Origin: an uncultured delta proteobacterium
Lineage (GTDB): Bacteria > Desulfobacterota > RBG-13-43-22
Length of the DNA: 64,000 bases
Direction of reading: 5' to 3'
Assembly (NCBI GenBank): GCA_963802945.1
Contig: CAWDKY010000015.1
Coordinates: forward strand, 96,001-160,000
Positions within the stretch are counted from its first letter, which is position 1; each line of letters begins with the position of its first letter. The notes beneath the pieces are model-generated. The model did no database searches and was not told the origin of the DNA. It was given only the letters and a program-made list of their open reading frames with translations. This document shows positions 28,073 through 40,384 of this stretch, piece after piece. A program made the position numbers and the translations under genes.

Positions 28073-30157
28073 TTACCTTCTAAAATCCTTGAAACCTTTA
28101 CCCTCCTTGGCCAATTTTTCCAAAAGGGCCGACGGCTTCCAAACGTCGCCTTCCTTCTTTTGAAATTCGATCATCTTGTCATAGATCTTTTTAACCCCCA
28201 CCAGATCGGCATAAAACATGGGGCCCCCGCGATAGATGGGCCAGCCGTATCCATAAATCCAAATGACATCAATATCACTGGGCCGGATGGCGATCCCTTC
28301 TTCTAGAGTCTTGGCCCCTTCATTGATCATGGGATACAGACTCTTTTCCAGGATCTCTTCATCGGAAATCGGTCGTTGCATGATATGGTGCTCGGCTGCA
28401 AAGCCTTTGATCATTTTTTCCACGACCGGTGAGGGAATCGGGGTCCGGTTACCCGGTTGGTAATCATAGAAACCGGCATTGGTCTTTTGACCCAGTCGTC
28501 CGGCTTCACAGAGACGTTCCCGAAGGGTGGCCCCCTGGGAGGTGGCCTTGTTCCAGCCGATATCAAGTCCGGCCATATCGCTCATGGTGAATGGTCCCAT
28601 GGGGAATCCGAAATCGAAGATGACTTTGTCGATCTGCTGAGGTGAACCCGATTCCAGGATCAATTTATTGGTTTCACGAGAGCGTTGACCAAGCATACGG
28701 TTACCCACGAACCCTTGGCAGACCCCGACCAGCGCGGCAATTTTCTGTATCCTTTTTCCAAAGGCCATAGAGGTGGCAATAACATCCTTGGCCGTCTTGG
28801 CCCCGCGCACAACCTCCAGAAGCCGCATGACATTGGCCGGGCTGAAGAAATGTAATCCGATAACGCTCTCCGGCCGTTTAGTTGCCGAAGCGATTTCATT
28901 GATATTCAAACCCGAGGTGTTGGATGCCAGAATGGCCCCCGGCTTGCAGATCTTGTCAAGTTTGGCAAAGATCTCTTTTTTGAGATCCATATTTTCGTAT
29001 ACGGCCTCGATCACCAGATCGACATCCTTCAAGTCATCCAGGGACAGAGTACCCTTGATAAGCGACAAGCGTTTTTCCACATCCTCCTTGGTGATCCGTC
29101 CTTTGGCCGCTGTGTTTTCGTAGTTTTTTCGGCAAATGCTTAGACCCTTGTCCAGCAACTGCTGGTTGACTTCCATAATGATGACCGGTATCCCTACATT
29201 GGCACAGCTCATGGCAATACCGCCGCCCATAGTTCCCGCTCCGACAATACCGACCTTGTTAATGGGTATCTGCGGAGTGTCCGCCGGGACATTGGGTATC
29301 TTGGCCACTTCTCTCTCGGCAAAGAAGGCATAGCGCTGGGCTGCAGACTGAGAACCCATCATCAATTTGAGAAAAAGGTCTCTTTCTTTTTTCAATCCTT
29401 CTTCAAAGGGAAGGTTTACCGCAGCTTCTACGGCCTCGACACAAGCCTGAGGTGCCTCGAATCCCCGTTTTGATCGGGCGAAAGACTTACGGGCTTCAAC
29501 AAAAATCTCCGGCTTGCCTTTCTCCGCATCAACTTTTTCTCGTCTGTCACGGATCTTCCTCAAAGGACGTCCCTCCGTAAGAATTTTCTTGGCAAAGGCG
29601 ACGGCACCAGTTACCAGATCTCCTTCAAGGATCTCATCGATCAAGCCTTCCCTAAGGGCCTCCTGGGCGCTGATTTGATTGCCGGTGGCAATCATCTGAA
29701 TGGCCTTTTCTACCCCGACGATAAGGGGCAACCGCTGGGTCCCACCGCCCCCGGGTAATAGCCCGAGAAGGACTTCCGGTAGACCAAATCTGGCTGAAGG
29801 CACGGCTACACGAAAATGACAGACCATAGCCGTTTCCAAACCTCCACCCAGGGCAGTGCCATGAATGGCGGCGATAACGGGTTTCTTGCCGTTTTCAATC
29901 AAGGCAAAAGGAACCTCTAAACCGGGCTCCTGAGGTGGTTTTCCAAATTCGGTGATATCGGCTCCGGCGATAAAGGTCCGTCCCATACAGGCGATCACCA
30001 CGGCCTTAACTGAATCATCTTCCATGGCCGCCTTGACACCGTCGGCCATGCCTTTACGAACCCCTACGCTGAGGGCGTTGACAGGTGGATTGTTGATCAT
30101 GAGAACGGCAATCTCACCCTGTTTCTCCACATCAACCACGTCGGTAATTTTGGTCAT
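28073..30157 (-). CDS. Bifunctional enoyl-CoA hydratase / 3-hydroxyacyl-CoA dehydrogenase (FadB/PimF-like)
   Basis: NPPVNAL, AGADI, GGGLE, PEV; [23 protein letters not shown]. Confidence 0.93.
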   Translation of the reverse strand: MTKITDVVDVEKQGEIAVLMINNPPVNALSVGVRKGMADGVKAAMEDDSVKAVVIACMGRTFIAGADITEFGKPPQEPGLEVPFALIENGKKPVIAAIHGTALGGGLETAMVCHFRVAVPSARFGLPEVLLGLLPGGGGTQRLPLIVGVEKAIQMIATGNQISAQEALREGLIDEILEGDLVTGAVAFAKKILTEGRPLRKIRDRREKVDAEKGKPEIFVEARKSFARSKRGFEAPQACVEAVEAAVNLPFEEGLKKERDLFLKLMMGSQSAAQRYAFFAEREVAKIPNVPADTPQIPINKVGIVGAGTMGGGIAMSCANVGIPVIIMEVNQQLLDKGLSICRKNYENTAAKGRITKEDVEKRLSLIKGTLSLDDLKDVDLVIEAVYENMDLKKEIFAKLDKICKPGAILASNTSGLNINEIASATKRPESVIGLHFFSPANVMRLLEVVRGAKTAKDVIATSMAFGKRIQKIAALVGVCQGFVGNRMLGQRSRETNKLILESGSPQQIDKVIFDFGFPMGPFTMSDMAGLDIGWNKATSQGATLRERLCEAGRLGQKTNAGFYDYQPGNRTPIPSPVVEKMIKGFAAEHHIMQRPISDEEILEKSLYPMINEGAKTLEEGIAIRPSDIDVIWIYGYGWPIYRGGPMFYADLVGVKKIYDKMIEFQKKEGDVWKPSALLEKLAKEGKGFKDFRR

Positions 30158-30748
30158 TTTTTTCCTCCTTTTTGATCAGATTCTGACTGGGTCATAATTA
30201 TCAAAAGTGGATAAAGTGTCAAGGCAATAATAAAGGCTTTTTTTAAGTTAACGCCTTTTTAGACCAAACCGGTTTGATTGCCCTTTTCTCTTCAACCTGC
30301 CGCCTGGCCATGAGATCGAAGCTCATGGCTGAAAGTTCTAAGGGAGTTTAAAGTATGGTGTTTGGAGTTCGAAGTTGGAATTTGGGGATAGAATCAGGAG
30401 CTCGAAGCCCGGCCCCGTTGGAACCCTTTATGAAAGAAGGCGAGAAAATATTTCTTCTTGATCTTTTAAAATGATTTGGACTGGAGATTCGAAATTAATC
30501 CATTTTATTGAAATTTCTTTTTCGGAAAAATTGATACATGATACAATTGAGATGATCGATCAGGTTTTTGCGGGGGATTTTTTTGGTATGGTTGAATCCT
30601 TTTTAAAGTTCTCCTTCGATCAATAATTGGACCAGTTCAAATAAATTCCCATAGGTCAGGTCTCGACCCCCAGATTCTTTCTCTTTCGATAAATTAGGGG
30701 CCGGGATGGCCAGGCTCATTTCTTGACTGAAAGGTTTTTAGATTCTTT

Positions 30749-31939
30749 TTAATCCGCTCCTTTACGGATAAAAGTCGGGACTTCCAGTTCTTCTTCATCA
30801 AAGTAGTATTCCGGAGCCTTGGCCGGCCTTTTGGGCCCGTATTTGTCAATCTCTTTTCCCTTGCGAACAAAGGTCGGGGTTTCCCGATCTTCCGATCGAT
30901 CCGGTTTTATCTCCGACAAGCCGGGCCGTATCCGGTCAAAGTCGATAACAACCCTTTCTTCCTTGGGATTGATCCCAGTGGCCACAACGGTAACCCGGAG
31001 TTCGTCTCCCATACTTTCATCAATGGCCGTCCCCCAAATAATATTGGCCTCTTCATGCACTTCCTTCTGAATCAAGGTGGAAGCTTCAATGACCTCTTCA
31101 AAACCGAGGTTTGAGCTGGCGGTAATATTCAATAATAAAGCCTTGGCCCCGGTGATGGAGATATCCTCTAATAAGGGACTTGAAATGGCCCGTTGAGCCG
31201 CCTCCAGGGCACGATTCTCACCGCTGGCTATACCGGTTCCCATGAGAGCCACACCCATTTCAGCCATGATCGTTTTAACATCAGCGAAATCAAGAACAAT
31301 CAAGCCGGGTGCCACGATTAAGTCGGAAATACCTTTAACGGCATAGAGTAAAACATCATCGGCCTTTTTAAGCATTTCCAAAAAGCTGGCCTTCTTGGTG
31401 GCCAGAGAAATAAGACGATCATTGGGAATAGTGATCAGGCTGTCCACGACCTTCCGCATTTCAATGACCCCTTCGTTGGCCTGTTTTTGACGTATCGGCC
31501 CTTCAAAATGAAAGGGTTTGGTAACCACGGCTACGGTCAGGATATCCAATTCCTTACAGATCTGGGCTACAATCGGGGCGCCGCCTGTTCCGGTTCCTCC
31601 ACCCATCCCGGCCGTGATAAAAACCATGTCGCTGCCTTCTAATTCCTGACGGATTTTTTCGGCATCTTCCAAGGTGGCGTTTCTGCCGATTTCCGGAACA
31701 CCCCCGGCCCCCAACCCCTTGGTCAAGGAGGTCCCGAGCTGGATACGGGTATCGGCCATAGAAGAAGTAAGGGCCTTTAGATCCGTATTGGCAGCGATAA
31801 ACTCCACTCCTGTTAGGAGTTGGGACCTGATCATATTATTGATGGCATTATTTCCCCCTCCTCCAATCCCGACCACTCGGATTTTAGCCCCTTTTTGGAT
31901 TTCTTCTTCCACTCCGACCATTTCAATATTCATCATCAT
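30749..31939 (-). CDS. ftsZ: Cell division protein FtsZ
   Basis: GGGTGTG tubulin signature; C-terminal LEVPTFIR. Confidence 0.98.
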   Translation of the reverse strand: MMMNIEMVGVEEEIQKGAKIRVVGIGGGGNNAINNMIRSQLLTGVEFIAANTDLKALTSSMADTRIQLGTSLTKGLGAGGVPEIGRNATLEDAEKIRQELEGSDMVFITAGMGGGTGTGGAPIVAQICKELDILTVAVVTKPFHFEGPIRQKQANEGVIEMRKVVDSLITIPNDRLISLATKKASFLEMLKKADDVLLYAVKGISDLIVAPGLIVLDFADVKTIMAEMGVALMGTGIASGENRALEAAQRAISSPLLEDISITGAKALLLNITASSNLGFEEVIEASTLIQKEVHEEANIIWGTAIDESMGDELRVTVVATGINPKEERVVIDFDRIRPGLSEIKPDRSEDRETPTFVRKGKEIDKYGPKRPAKAPEYYFDEEELEVPTFIRKGAD

Positions 31940-31975
31940 TTACCTCCCCTTTTAATATGATCTGTCTGCCTATGA

Positions 31976-33202
31976 CTAAAAAATTTTCATATCCATAAAC
32001 CATTTTTTCATTCGTTCCATAACCCGATTGAAAATCTGTTGATCGCGAATCCTAAATTTCTTTTTGGGCATCGCCTTGGCCCCGTAAAGGACCAAACCCA
32101 CAGCAGTGGCATACATCGGGCTGTTGACCACATCCATAATGCCTCCAAAACCCTGGGGATAGCCCCGCCGGCTCGGAAGGTTAAAAATCTGTTCCGCCAG
32201 TTCAGGAATCCCTTCCAATAAGGATGCTCCTCCGGTGACCACGACGCCGGAAGCAAGGATGTCCCCAAAACCCGATTTCAGGATTTCCCGATTGACCAGA
32301 GAAAAAATTTCTTCAACCCTCGGTTCCAGGATTTCCCCCAAAATTTGGCGGGATAGGGGCCGAGGTTTTCTTCCCCCGACACTCGATACCTCGATGGTTT
32401 CATCTTTATTGATCATGGAAGTCAAACAACAGCCATGAATTTTTTTAATCCGTTCCGCTGCCTGATGAGGAGTTCTGAGACCAATGGCGATATCATTGGT
32501 TAAATTGTTTCCACCCAAGCCCAGAATCGAGGTATGTTTGATGCAGCCATTGGAAAAAATGGCCAAATCAGTGGTGCCTCCTCCAAAGTCGACCAGGGCC
32601 ACCCCAAGTTCCTTTTCTTCAGAAGAAAGCACCGTTTCGCTTGAAGCGATCGATTCTAAAACAATATCCGAGACATCCAATCCAGCCTTGTTTGCACAGC
32701 GAATAATATTCTGGGCCGAGGTAACCGCCCCGGTTATGATATGGACCTTGACTTCCAATCGTACACCGGAAATGCCCAGGGGATCTTGGATTCCATCCTG
32801 ATCATCAACGATAAATTCCTGAGGAAGCACATGAATCACTTCCCGATCCAAAGGGATGGCTATGGCCTTGGCGGCATCAATGACCCGTTCAATGTCAGTT
32901 TTAGTGACTTCCCGGGTTTTAACGGCAATAACCCCATGGCTGTTGAAGGCTTTGATATGCCCTCCGGCAATGCCGGCATAAACCGACCTGATTTCACAGC
33001 CGGCCATAAGTTCTGCCTCTTCCACCGCCTTTTTGATGGAGTTAACCGTACTTTCAATATTGACCACTACCCCTTTGCGTAAACCCACCGAGGGATGGGT
33101 CCCGATACCCACGATATCAATACCACCGGAAGAGATTTCACCAACTACCGCACAGATCTTAGTAGTTCCGATATCCAATCCTACGATCAGATGATCTTCC
33201 AA
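31976..33202 (-). CDS. ftsA: Cell division protein FtsA
   Basis: GLDIGTTK, DFGGGTTD, TGG. Confidence 0.97.
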   Translation of the reverse strand: MEDHLIVGLDIGTTKICAVVGEISSGGIDIVGIGTHPSVGLRKGVVVNIESTVNSIKKAVEEAELMAGCEIRSVYAGIAGGHIKAFNSHGVIAVKTREVTKTDIERVIDAAKAIAIPLDREVIHVLPQEFIVDDQDGIQDPLGISGVRLEVKVHIITGAVTSAQNIIRCANKAGLDVSDIVLESIASSETVLSSEEKELGVALVDFGGGTTDLAIFSNGCIKHTSILGLGGNNLTNDIAIGLRTPHQAAERIKKIHGCCLTSMINKDETIEVSSVGGRKPRPLSRQILGEILEPRVEEIFSLVNREILKSGFGDILASGVVVTGGASLLEGIPELAEQIFNLPSRRGYPQGFGGIMDVVNSPMYATAVGLVLYGAKAMPKKKFRIRDQQIFNRVMERMKKWFMDMKIF

Positions 33203-33280
33203 TCGAGACGCACCCCCTTTCTTTTTCTCTGGTTTTTAATGTTCATTTCTACCTCGGACATTGCTATTCGCCTACTATTC

Positions 33281-34147
33281 TCAGACTCCCTTGAAGGATT
33301 TAGACCTAAGGCCATGAACGATAATCCGCTGGCCGAATTGGAGGGAAATCCCATTCAAAAGGACCTGGTTGGGCCGTTTCTCAAGCTCGGCCCAAACCCT
33401 TTCCAGACGCTTGATCCGCACCGGAATTTCTTCTTTCCCCAGAGTGATCCGGATTCCTCTTTCCAAGGTGAATAAAGAAAAACCACAATCAGGATCGTAA
33501 TGAATTTCCGAAAGTTTATTGGGATAAAACGGATCTGCCCCTTGACTCAAATACCTTTGAAGCAATACTAGTTCTTGAAGGATAGGGGACTTAAGTTGTC
33601 TGGCCGGAGTCCAATCCTTTTCCTCCAGGCCTGTCAAGAGCGGAAGAGAAACTCCTTCTTTCATCTCGCATTTTTTAAAAAGGAGACCATCTTCATTTAA
33701 ATAATAAAGCTCTTGTCGGACCGGCACCAAAAATTTCGCTTGATGTTCGGTAACTACCACCTGGAGTTTGTTGGGAAGTTCCCGCCGGAGATAAACACTT
33801 TTTACCCACGGGATGGATTCCATATTTTTTTTAACCTCACTCAAATTTAAAGCCAGTAGATTGACCCTGTTTTCCAGGCCTCCTTTTTGAAGCAATTCGG
33901 TTTGAGAAACATGTTTTATCCCCTTAAAACCGACATCTTCCAATTTAAAAATCGGAGTGGACAAGGCGGTCAGATACCCGATCAACAAGACAATGCTCAC
34001 CCCCACAATAATCATCATAATCAGTGAACCAACCCAGAAATGATGCATCAGCTTTTCCGTCCAGGAAAACCCGGAGTCCAGTTCCACTAACGACCCCCGA
34101 TAATAATTGCGACCTATAGTTCCCAGCCTGGTTTTCCCTATATACAT
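33281..34147 (-). CDS. ftsQ: Cell division protein FtsQ/DivIB
   Basis: Single TM plus POTRA domain (PWV..RRELPNKL); dcw position. Confidence 0.85.
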   Translation of the reverse strand: MYIGKTRLGTIGRNYYRGSLVELDSGFSWTEKLMHHFWVGSLIMMIIVGVSIVLLIGYLTALSTPIFKLEDVGFKGIKHVSQTELLQKGGLENRVNLLALNLSEVKKNMESIPWVKSVYLRRELPNKLQVVVTEHQAKFLVPVRQELYYLNEDGLLFKKCEMKEGVSLPLLTGLEEKDWTPARQLKSPILQELVLLQRYLSQGADPFYPNKLSEIHYDPDCGFSLFTLERGIRITLGKEEIPVRIKRLERVWAELEKRPNQVLLNGISLQFGQRIIVHGLRSKSFKGV

Positions 34148-34190
34148 GATGAGTTCTCCTTAGTCCCAACAAGAGATATTTATTAAATTG

Positions 34191-34274
34191 GAATTCAGGA
34201 GTCAGAAGTCAGAATATCGTCTTGAATTCTTTTAAGGCTTTTCTTCTGGATTCTGACTCCTGGATTCTGAATTC
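34191..34274. repeat. Inverted array of heptamers (GTCAGAA-like)
   Basis: gaattcaggagtcagaagtcagaat ... ttctggattctgactcctggattctgaattc. Confidence 0.8.
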
Positions 34275-35213
34275 TATGCATCTTTTAAACTACACCCCCA
34301 CAATCGCACCTCGGGTTCGAGGAGGATCCCGAATTGTTTTCTGACCCGGGTCCGTATCAGGTTCATTAAATACAAAACATCCTTAGCCCGGGCCTCGCCC
34401 TGATTAACGATAAAATTAGCATGTCGGTTTGATATCTGTGCCCCGCCCCTTTCGACCCCTTTGAGGCCTGCTTTTTCAATCAGCCGTCCGGCATAGTCTT
34501 CCGGGGGATTTTTGAAAACCGATCCGCAACTCGGTCGGTCCAACGGTTGGGTGGCTTTTCTTTGAGTCCAAAGCCTTCGAGTTTCTTTTTGAATACTCTC
34601 CGCGTCCCCTGAAGACAGCTTGATGCCCCCGGCCATGATGATTTCTCCTGGTTCCAACTTCAAAGTTCGATAGCCGAAGCAAAGTTGTGTTTTTCCCTTT
34701 CCGAATCAGCCGTCCTTCAGAAGAAACCACTTTCAAGTAAGCGGTTATGTCTTTCATTTCCTGGCCGTAGCTTCCGGCATTCATGGCCCAGGCTCCTCCG
34801 ACCGATCCCGGGATACCGGCTAAAAACTCAAGACCTCTGAGCTGGTTTTTGATCCCGAACCCAACCAGTTTTGAAAGGGGAAATCCGGCTTCCACTTCCA
34901 TAAGGATTTGGCCGTCTTTAAAACGTTTAACGGTTTTTGGCTTCCTGGGAGACGAACACTGAATAACAATTCCCCGCACCCCTCGGTCGGATACCAGCAA
35001 ATTACTTCCCTGCCCTAGGACAAACCAGGGGATATTTTGCGCCTTCGCTACCTCCAATAGCTTTTTCATCTCCGAAATAGTTTGGGGTTGTATAAACCAA
35101 TCCGCCCTTCCACCTATCTGAATTGTGGTATAAGGACCCAATCGTTCCCTCTGTTTAACCCGTCCCGGGCAAATCTTGTCCAAGAGCTTTTTAAGACCCT
35201 GTGGTTGATACAA
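34274..35213 (-). CDS. murB: UDP-N-acetylenolpyruvoylglucosamine reductase, +1 frameshift near 34690
   Basis: IGGRA, GQGSNLL, GIPGSVGG, MNAG; second frame TQP..SCGSVFKNP, HANFIVN, LEPEV. Confidence 0.93.
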
Positions 35214-36565
35214 TTTCCTGACCTATTTTCCAGACATCTCCGGCACCCAAGGTAACCAATACATCTCCGGCCTTCAATATTTTCTGAAGAGATGAAATGA
35301 CTTCAGCAGGATTGGAAAACAACCTCACTTCCCGGTGCCCTTTTCCCTTGATCCCCTCCATCAGGTATTCGGAATTGACCCCTTCTATCGGATCTTCACT
35401 GGCCGCATAAATGGGCAGCAGCAGCAAGCAGTCGGCCTGATAAAAGGAAGTGGTAAATTCATCAAAAAGGGCCTTGGTCCGGCTGAAACGATGGGGCTGA
35501 AAAACAACCACAATCCGGTGGTCGGGCCAGCATCCCCGAACGGCATTCAGAGTAGCTCGAATCTCCGTAGGATGATGACCATAGTCATCCAGGACAGTTA
35601 CCCCCCGGTATTCCCCTCTGACCTGAAAACGCCGCTGAACCCCTTCCAAACTTTCAAAGGCCTCCTGGATCCGATTGAAAGGAACCTCTAATTCAAATCC
35701 TACGGCAATGGCTGCCAACGAGTTATAGACATTATGGAGTCCTGGAATTTTGAATCGGATCTCTCCCCAATCCTTTCCAGCGCTGTAAAGACGATATTGG
35801 GTGGACAGACCGCTCTGAATGACATCCCTGGCCTGAAAGTCGGCTTGAGCCGTCAAGCCATAGGTTCGATACCTCTTTTTGAGTTTGCGGGATCAAGGAC
35901 GGTAAATGGGGATCGTCCAAACAAAGGATCGCCAGACCGTAAAAAGGCAGCCGACTTAAGAAATCCAGAAAGGTATTCTGGATATGATCTAGGTCTTTAT
36001 AGAAATCCAGATGCTCCAGATCTATATTGGTGACCACGGCAATGCTCGGGGACAGATGCAGAAAAGATCCGTCGCTTTCATCGGCCTCCGCTACCAGAAA
36101 GGCCCCCTGCCCCAACCGGGCGTTGCTCCCCCATTTATCCAATCGTCCTCCGATAATGACCGTGGGATCTAATCCACCGTAGGCCAGGACATTGGCCACC
36201 ATTGCGGTGGTGGTTGTTTTTCCGTGGGACCCGGCCACAGCGACACCATATTTCAGTCGCATTAACTCGGCCAGCATCTCTGCCCTGGGGATGACCGGCA
36301 GAAGGGCTTGCCTGGCCGCCAGGACTTCAGGGTTATCCGGCCGCACTGCCGAAGAGGTGACTACCACCTCGGCCCCTTGAATATGTTCTCTCTTATGCCC
36401 GTAGGCAATTTCCCCGCCCAGGGATTTGAGACGGCGGGTGATCTCGGTTTCTTTCAGGTCCGATCCGCTGACCTGATAACCGAGATTCAACAAGACCTCG
36501 GCAATACCGCTCATGCCGATACCGCCGATTCCTATAAAGTGAATATGTTGAAACCGAGGATACAT
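35191..36565 (-). CDS. murC: UDP-N-acetylmuramate--L-alanine ligase, +1 frameshift near 35887
   Basis: [24 protein letters not shown]; second frame [18 protein letters not shown]. Confidence 0.95.
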
Positions 36566-36635
36566 ACCTCTAATCCAAAACTGTTATAATTTTTCGGTGA
36601 TGCCCAATTAAATAATAGGCTACAAACTTAAAAAC

Positions 36636-36727
36636 TGGAGTATGGAGTAATGGATTAATGATCAATAAACACCCTTTATCCACTACTCCATTACTCCAAT
36701 ACTCCTATTCTACTCCTCCACTCCAAT
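36636..36727. repeat. Inverted array of octamers (TGGAGTAA / TTACTCCA)
   Basis: tggagta tggagtaa tgga ... cactactcca ttactcca atactcc; same family as 10101-10153. Confidence 0.75.
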
Positions 36728-36729
36728 CT

Positions 36730-37837
36730 TTAATTCAACGATCCCTTGAATCCTTTTTTTTCATTAACCATTTGATAACAGGCTTCCACGATCTCCTCGG
36801 CGGCCTGCCGTCGGCCCAGGGCCCCGGCCTTTTTCCCCATGTCAATCAATTTATCCCGATCGGCCAACCAGCCCCGGATGCGGTCCAGCCAGGACGCCAG
36901 GCTTTATTTCCCTTTCTAATATCATTTCCGCTGCCCCGGCATTAACCAAGGACCGGGCATTATGTTCCTGATGATTATTGGCGGCAAAAGGAAAAGGGAT
37001 CAATAAGCTCGGTTTTCCCAGGGCCGTGATTTCACTTAAGGTCATGGCCCCGGCCCGTCCGATGATCATATCCGACTGCTGGTAGGCCCAAATCATGTCG
37101 GAAATAAAAGCCATAACCTGGTGCTGGAAGCCTTTTTCCTGATAGGCCAGAGCAACCCCTTTTTCATCTCTTTCCCCGGTCTGATGAATAAAATAAAGAT
37201 CATCTTTCCACGGCCCTAATTCATCTAAAGCATTTACAACCGCTTGGTTGATACGGTGAGCTCCCTGGCTGCCTCCCAGAATTAATAAGGTAAGAGGTCC
37301 CTCAAGAGAAACCTGGCGATCGGAGATCTCTTGAAATTCTTTTCGGATTGGGTTGCCGATTATTCGGCATTTCTTTTTCGGAAAATAGATCTCGCTCCCT
37401 TCGAAGGCCAAAAATACGCGATTCACCACCTTACCCAACAACCGATTGGTTATTCCGGGGATCGAGTTCTGTTCTTGAACGGCACAAGGGATATGCCTCC
37501 ACCAAGCAGCCAGAACCATTGGTCCGGTGACATATCCCCCCACCCCCAGGATCACCTCCGGCCGAACCTCCTCAATAATTTTCAGAGAACTTCTAAAGGC
37601 CTGCGGAAGTTGAATCATCGATTGTATCTTTCCGGCCATCCCTTTGCCCTTGATCCCTTCCACCTTGAGGGTCCTGAAAGAAAACCCCCGTTCCCCCAAT
37701 ATCTTTGAGTCCAGGGGGCGCTGGGTGACGACAAATTCCACCTGATTTTCCCGGTCTCTATTCATAAAGGCTTCCGCCAATGCAATGGCTGGGAACAAAT
37801 GTCCCCCGGTCCCTCCTCCCACAATCAGGATACGCAC
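36730..37837 (-). CDS. murG: Undecaprenyl-PP-MurNAc-pentapeptide GlcNAc transferase, +1 frameshift near 36886
   Basis: GTG start, GGGTGGHLFP, GGSQGA, RAGA, HQEHNA; the corrected tail DRIRGWL...AAEEIVEAC ends at TAA 36730. Confidence 0.93.
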
Positions 37838-39006
37838 CCCTTTTCCTCTTGATTCTGGGCGGTAAGATTCATCAGGATACCAATACAAATCATGTTCAGA
37901 AGAAGAGAAGACCCGCCATAGCTCAAGAAAGGCAAAGTCAATCCCTTGGTTGGGAGAAGTCCCATAACCACCAACATATTGATCAAGGCCTGAAGGCCGA
38001 TCATCACTGTGATCCCGACCACCAGGTACATCCCAAAAAGATCCTTTATCTTGACCGCCAATTGAAGGCATTTAATAATCAGGACCAGATATAAGGCTGC
38101 TATGACAAAAACACCTATAAAACCAAATTCCTCCCCGACAATGGAAAAAATAAAATCGGTATGAGGTTCGGGTAGGTAAAAGAGTTTTTGCTGGCTCCCG
38201 GTTAATCCCCGTCCTACAAGGCCTCCTGAGCCGAAGGCCAGGAAAGAGTGCTTGAGGTGGAATCCTGAACCCAAGGGGTCCTTCCAGGGATCCAGATACG
38301 ACAAGATCCTTATCCGGCGATAAGGAACCCTCCAGACCAGGAAATAGGCCAAAGGGATCAAGGGGAAAATGGAGACAATCAAATGCTTCATCCGTACCCC
38401 GCCTACGAAGAGCATGATTCCGGTGATCAAGAGCAAAGTGATGGCCATCCCCAAATCCGGTTCTAAAAGGATCAGGACGAGAAAAACCCCGACCACTCCC
38501 CAATGAAACAGAAAACCTCTCATTAAATTTTTCATCTGATCTCGATACCTGGTCATGGACCAAGCTAAAAAAACAACCAGGACCAACTTGGAAAATTCCG
38601 CCGGTTGAATCGAGATGCCCGCCAATCGAAACCAGCGGGATGCCCCACCCATGCGGGAACCGATCCCCGGGACAAGGACTAGAATTAAGCTTAAAAAACT
38701 ACCCAGTAAAAGCCAGTAAACCCATTTTTGAAACTTTTGATAAGGAATAAATCGAAAGACAATCATGGCCAAAAACCCGATTAAAGCAAAACAGACTTGT
38801 TTCTGGGCGAAATAGAAACTGTTATGATACCGCCTGGCGGCCAACTGGGAGCTGGCGCTGTAAATCATAACGATCCCAAAAATAACCAGGGCCATGGTTA
38901 CCCCCAACCAGGTGTAATCGATTTTCCATTCAGGCTTAGCTTCTTGCTGCCCAGCACTGCTTTGAAAATCCAGAAGCTGATTTCTTTCAAAAAAGGACGA
39001 AGACAT
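37825..39006 (-). CDS. ftsW: Peptidoglycan glycosyltransferase FtsW
   Basis: SEDS motifs SAS, RW, QPAE, EPD, LPEPHTDF, EEFG, LPFLSYGGSS; ATG 39006 overlaps the murD TAA. Confidence 0.93.
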   Translation of the reverse strand: MSSSFFERNQLLDFQSSAGQQEAKPEWKIDYTWLGVTMALVIFGIVMIYSASSQLAARRYHNSFYFAQKQVCFALIGFLAMIVFRFIPYQKFQKWVYWLLLGSFLSLILVLVPGIGSRMGGASRWFRLAGISIQPAEFSKLVLVVFLAWSMTRYRDQMKNLMRGFLFHWGVVGVFLVLILLEPDLGMAITLLLITGIMLFVGGVRMKHLIVSIFPLIPLAYFLVWRVPYRRIRILSYLDPWKDPLGSGFHLKHSFLAFGSGGLVGRGLTGSQQKLFYLPEPHTDFIFSIVGEEFGFIGVFVIAALYLVLIIKCLQLAVKIKDLFGMYLVVGITVMIGLQALINMLVVMGLLPTKGLTLPFLSYGGSSLLLNMICIGILMNLTAQNQEEKGCVS

Positions 39007-40371
39007 TAACTCTTTAATTCCCCCAGTGTTCTCGACCGTTTGCTGAAAAACATTTCCTCTGTGGATATAATCCCGGAACATATCAAAACTGGAACAGGCC
39101 GGAGAGAGCAGGACCACATCCCCTGACCGCCCTTGCTGAAAGGCCCAAAGGACCGCCTCTTCCAGGGTGCCGGCGTATTCGGTTTTGGTCAGCCCCCCCA
39201 GTTGTTCCCTCATGATATTCCTGGCCTCTCCTATTAAAACCATGGCCTTGACCTTGGTTTGAACCAATTCCTTCAGTGGAAGATAGTCTCCCCCTTTGTC
39301 GCGGCCGCCGGCAATCAGAATAATCGGCCGGTCAAAACCCTCTAAGGCCTTGACCACGGCCCCGACATTGGTGGCCTTGGAATCATCATAAAACTCTATC
39401 CCCTTAACCTGGCCGATATATTCCAATCGATGTCCGAATCCCTTAAAAGTCAAAAGGCTCTTTTGAACAGCCTCTGGGATCGCTCCCACCAAGCGGGCCC
39501 CCAGGATGGCTGCCAGGGCATTTTCCAGATTGTGAACACCTGGCAAAGTAAATCCTTTCAAATCGTACGTCTCGAGTGTGGGGCCGATTCGGACAACCGC
39601 CTTGTCTTCATCCAGAAAAGCCCCTTGATGGACTTGCCGGGTCCGGCTGAAAAAATAAACCGGTCCGGAGAGACATTCTCCGATGGAACGACAGACCGGA
39701 TCATCCCAATTAATCACGGCGGCATTTTTCAGCCCTTGATTTCGAAAAAGGCCGGCCTTGGATGCAACATAACCTTGAAAGTCAGGATAACGATCCAGAT
39801 GATCTTCAGAGATATTCAACAGCAAACCCACCACCGGAGAAAAGCGGGGTGAGGTATCCAGTTGAAAACTGCTGATCTCCGCCACCACTATCTCTTTGTT
39901 TTGTCCGTTGAGGATATAGTCCATCAAAGGCCGCCCGATATTTCCACCCAGGAAAGTTTTTTTCCCAGAATTGACCAGCATTTCATTTAATAAGGCCGTT
40001 GTGGTTGTCTTGCCGTTAGTTCCGGTTACGGCGACCACCGGGGTTGTTGATCGATCGGCAAATACCTCCAGCTCCCCAAGGATCGGAATCCCTTTCACCC
40101 GAGCGGCATTCAAGGCCGGGGTATCCAGAGGGATTCCAGGGCTGACAAAGACCATATCCGCGGTTGAAAAAAAGGTCGGGCTGTGACCTCCACCCTCCAG
40201 AACCAACGGAAGACCAATCCCTTTAAAAGGGGATACCATTTCTTGAAGTTCGGAAATTTTCCGGGAATCGGACACCATTACCTCGGCCCTTTGACCCAAT
40301 AAAAAGGAGACCAAAGCCTTCCCTGTTTTTCCTAGACCGACCACCAGGATTTTTTTGCCTTGATAATTCAA
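39006..40371 (-). CDS. murD: UDP-MurNAc-L-Ala--D-glutamate ligase, +1 frameshift near 39033
   Basis: GTNGKTT, EISSFQL, DHLDRY, DDSKATN, LLSPACSSFD. Confidence 0.94.
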
Positions 40372-40384
40372 ACAGGTTCTTTCT

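Noticed and set aside
30495-30719. Minus-strand frame downstream of ftsZ with a single internal TAA (MSLAIPAP...EL*KGFN...KMD)
   Set aside because: No recognisable family or clear RBS; cannot be distinguished from non-coding AT-rich DNA.
37825-40371. Apparent 848-aa MurD-FtsW fusion in the ORF track
   Set aside because: Removing one G near 39033 gives murD ending QTVRTLGELKS-TAA overlapping the ftsW ATG (TAATG at 39004-39008), and it matches the contig-wide insertion pattern.
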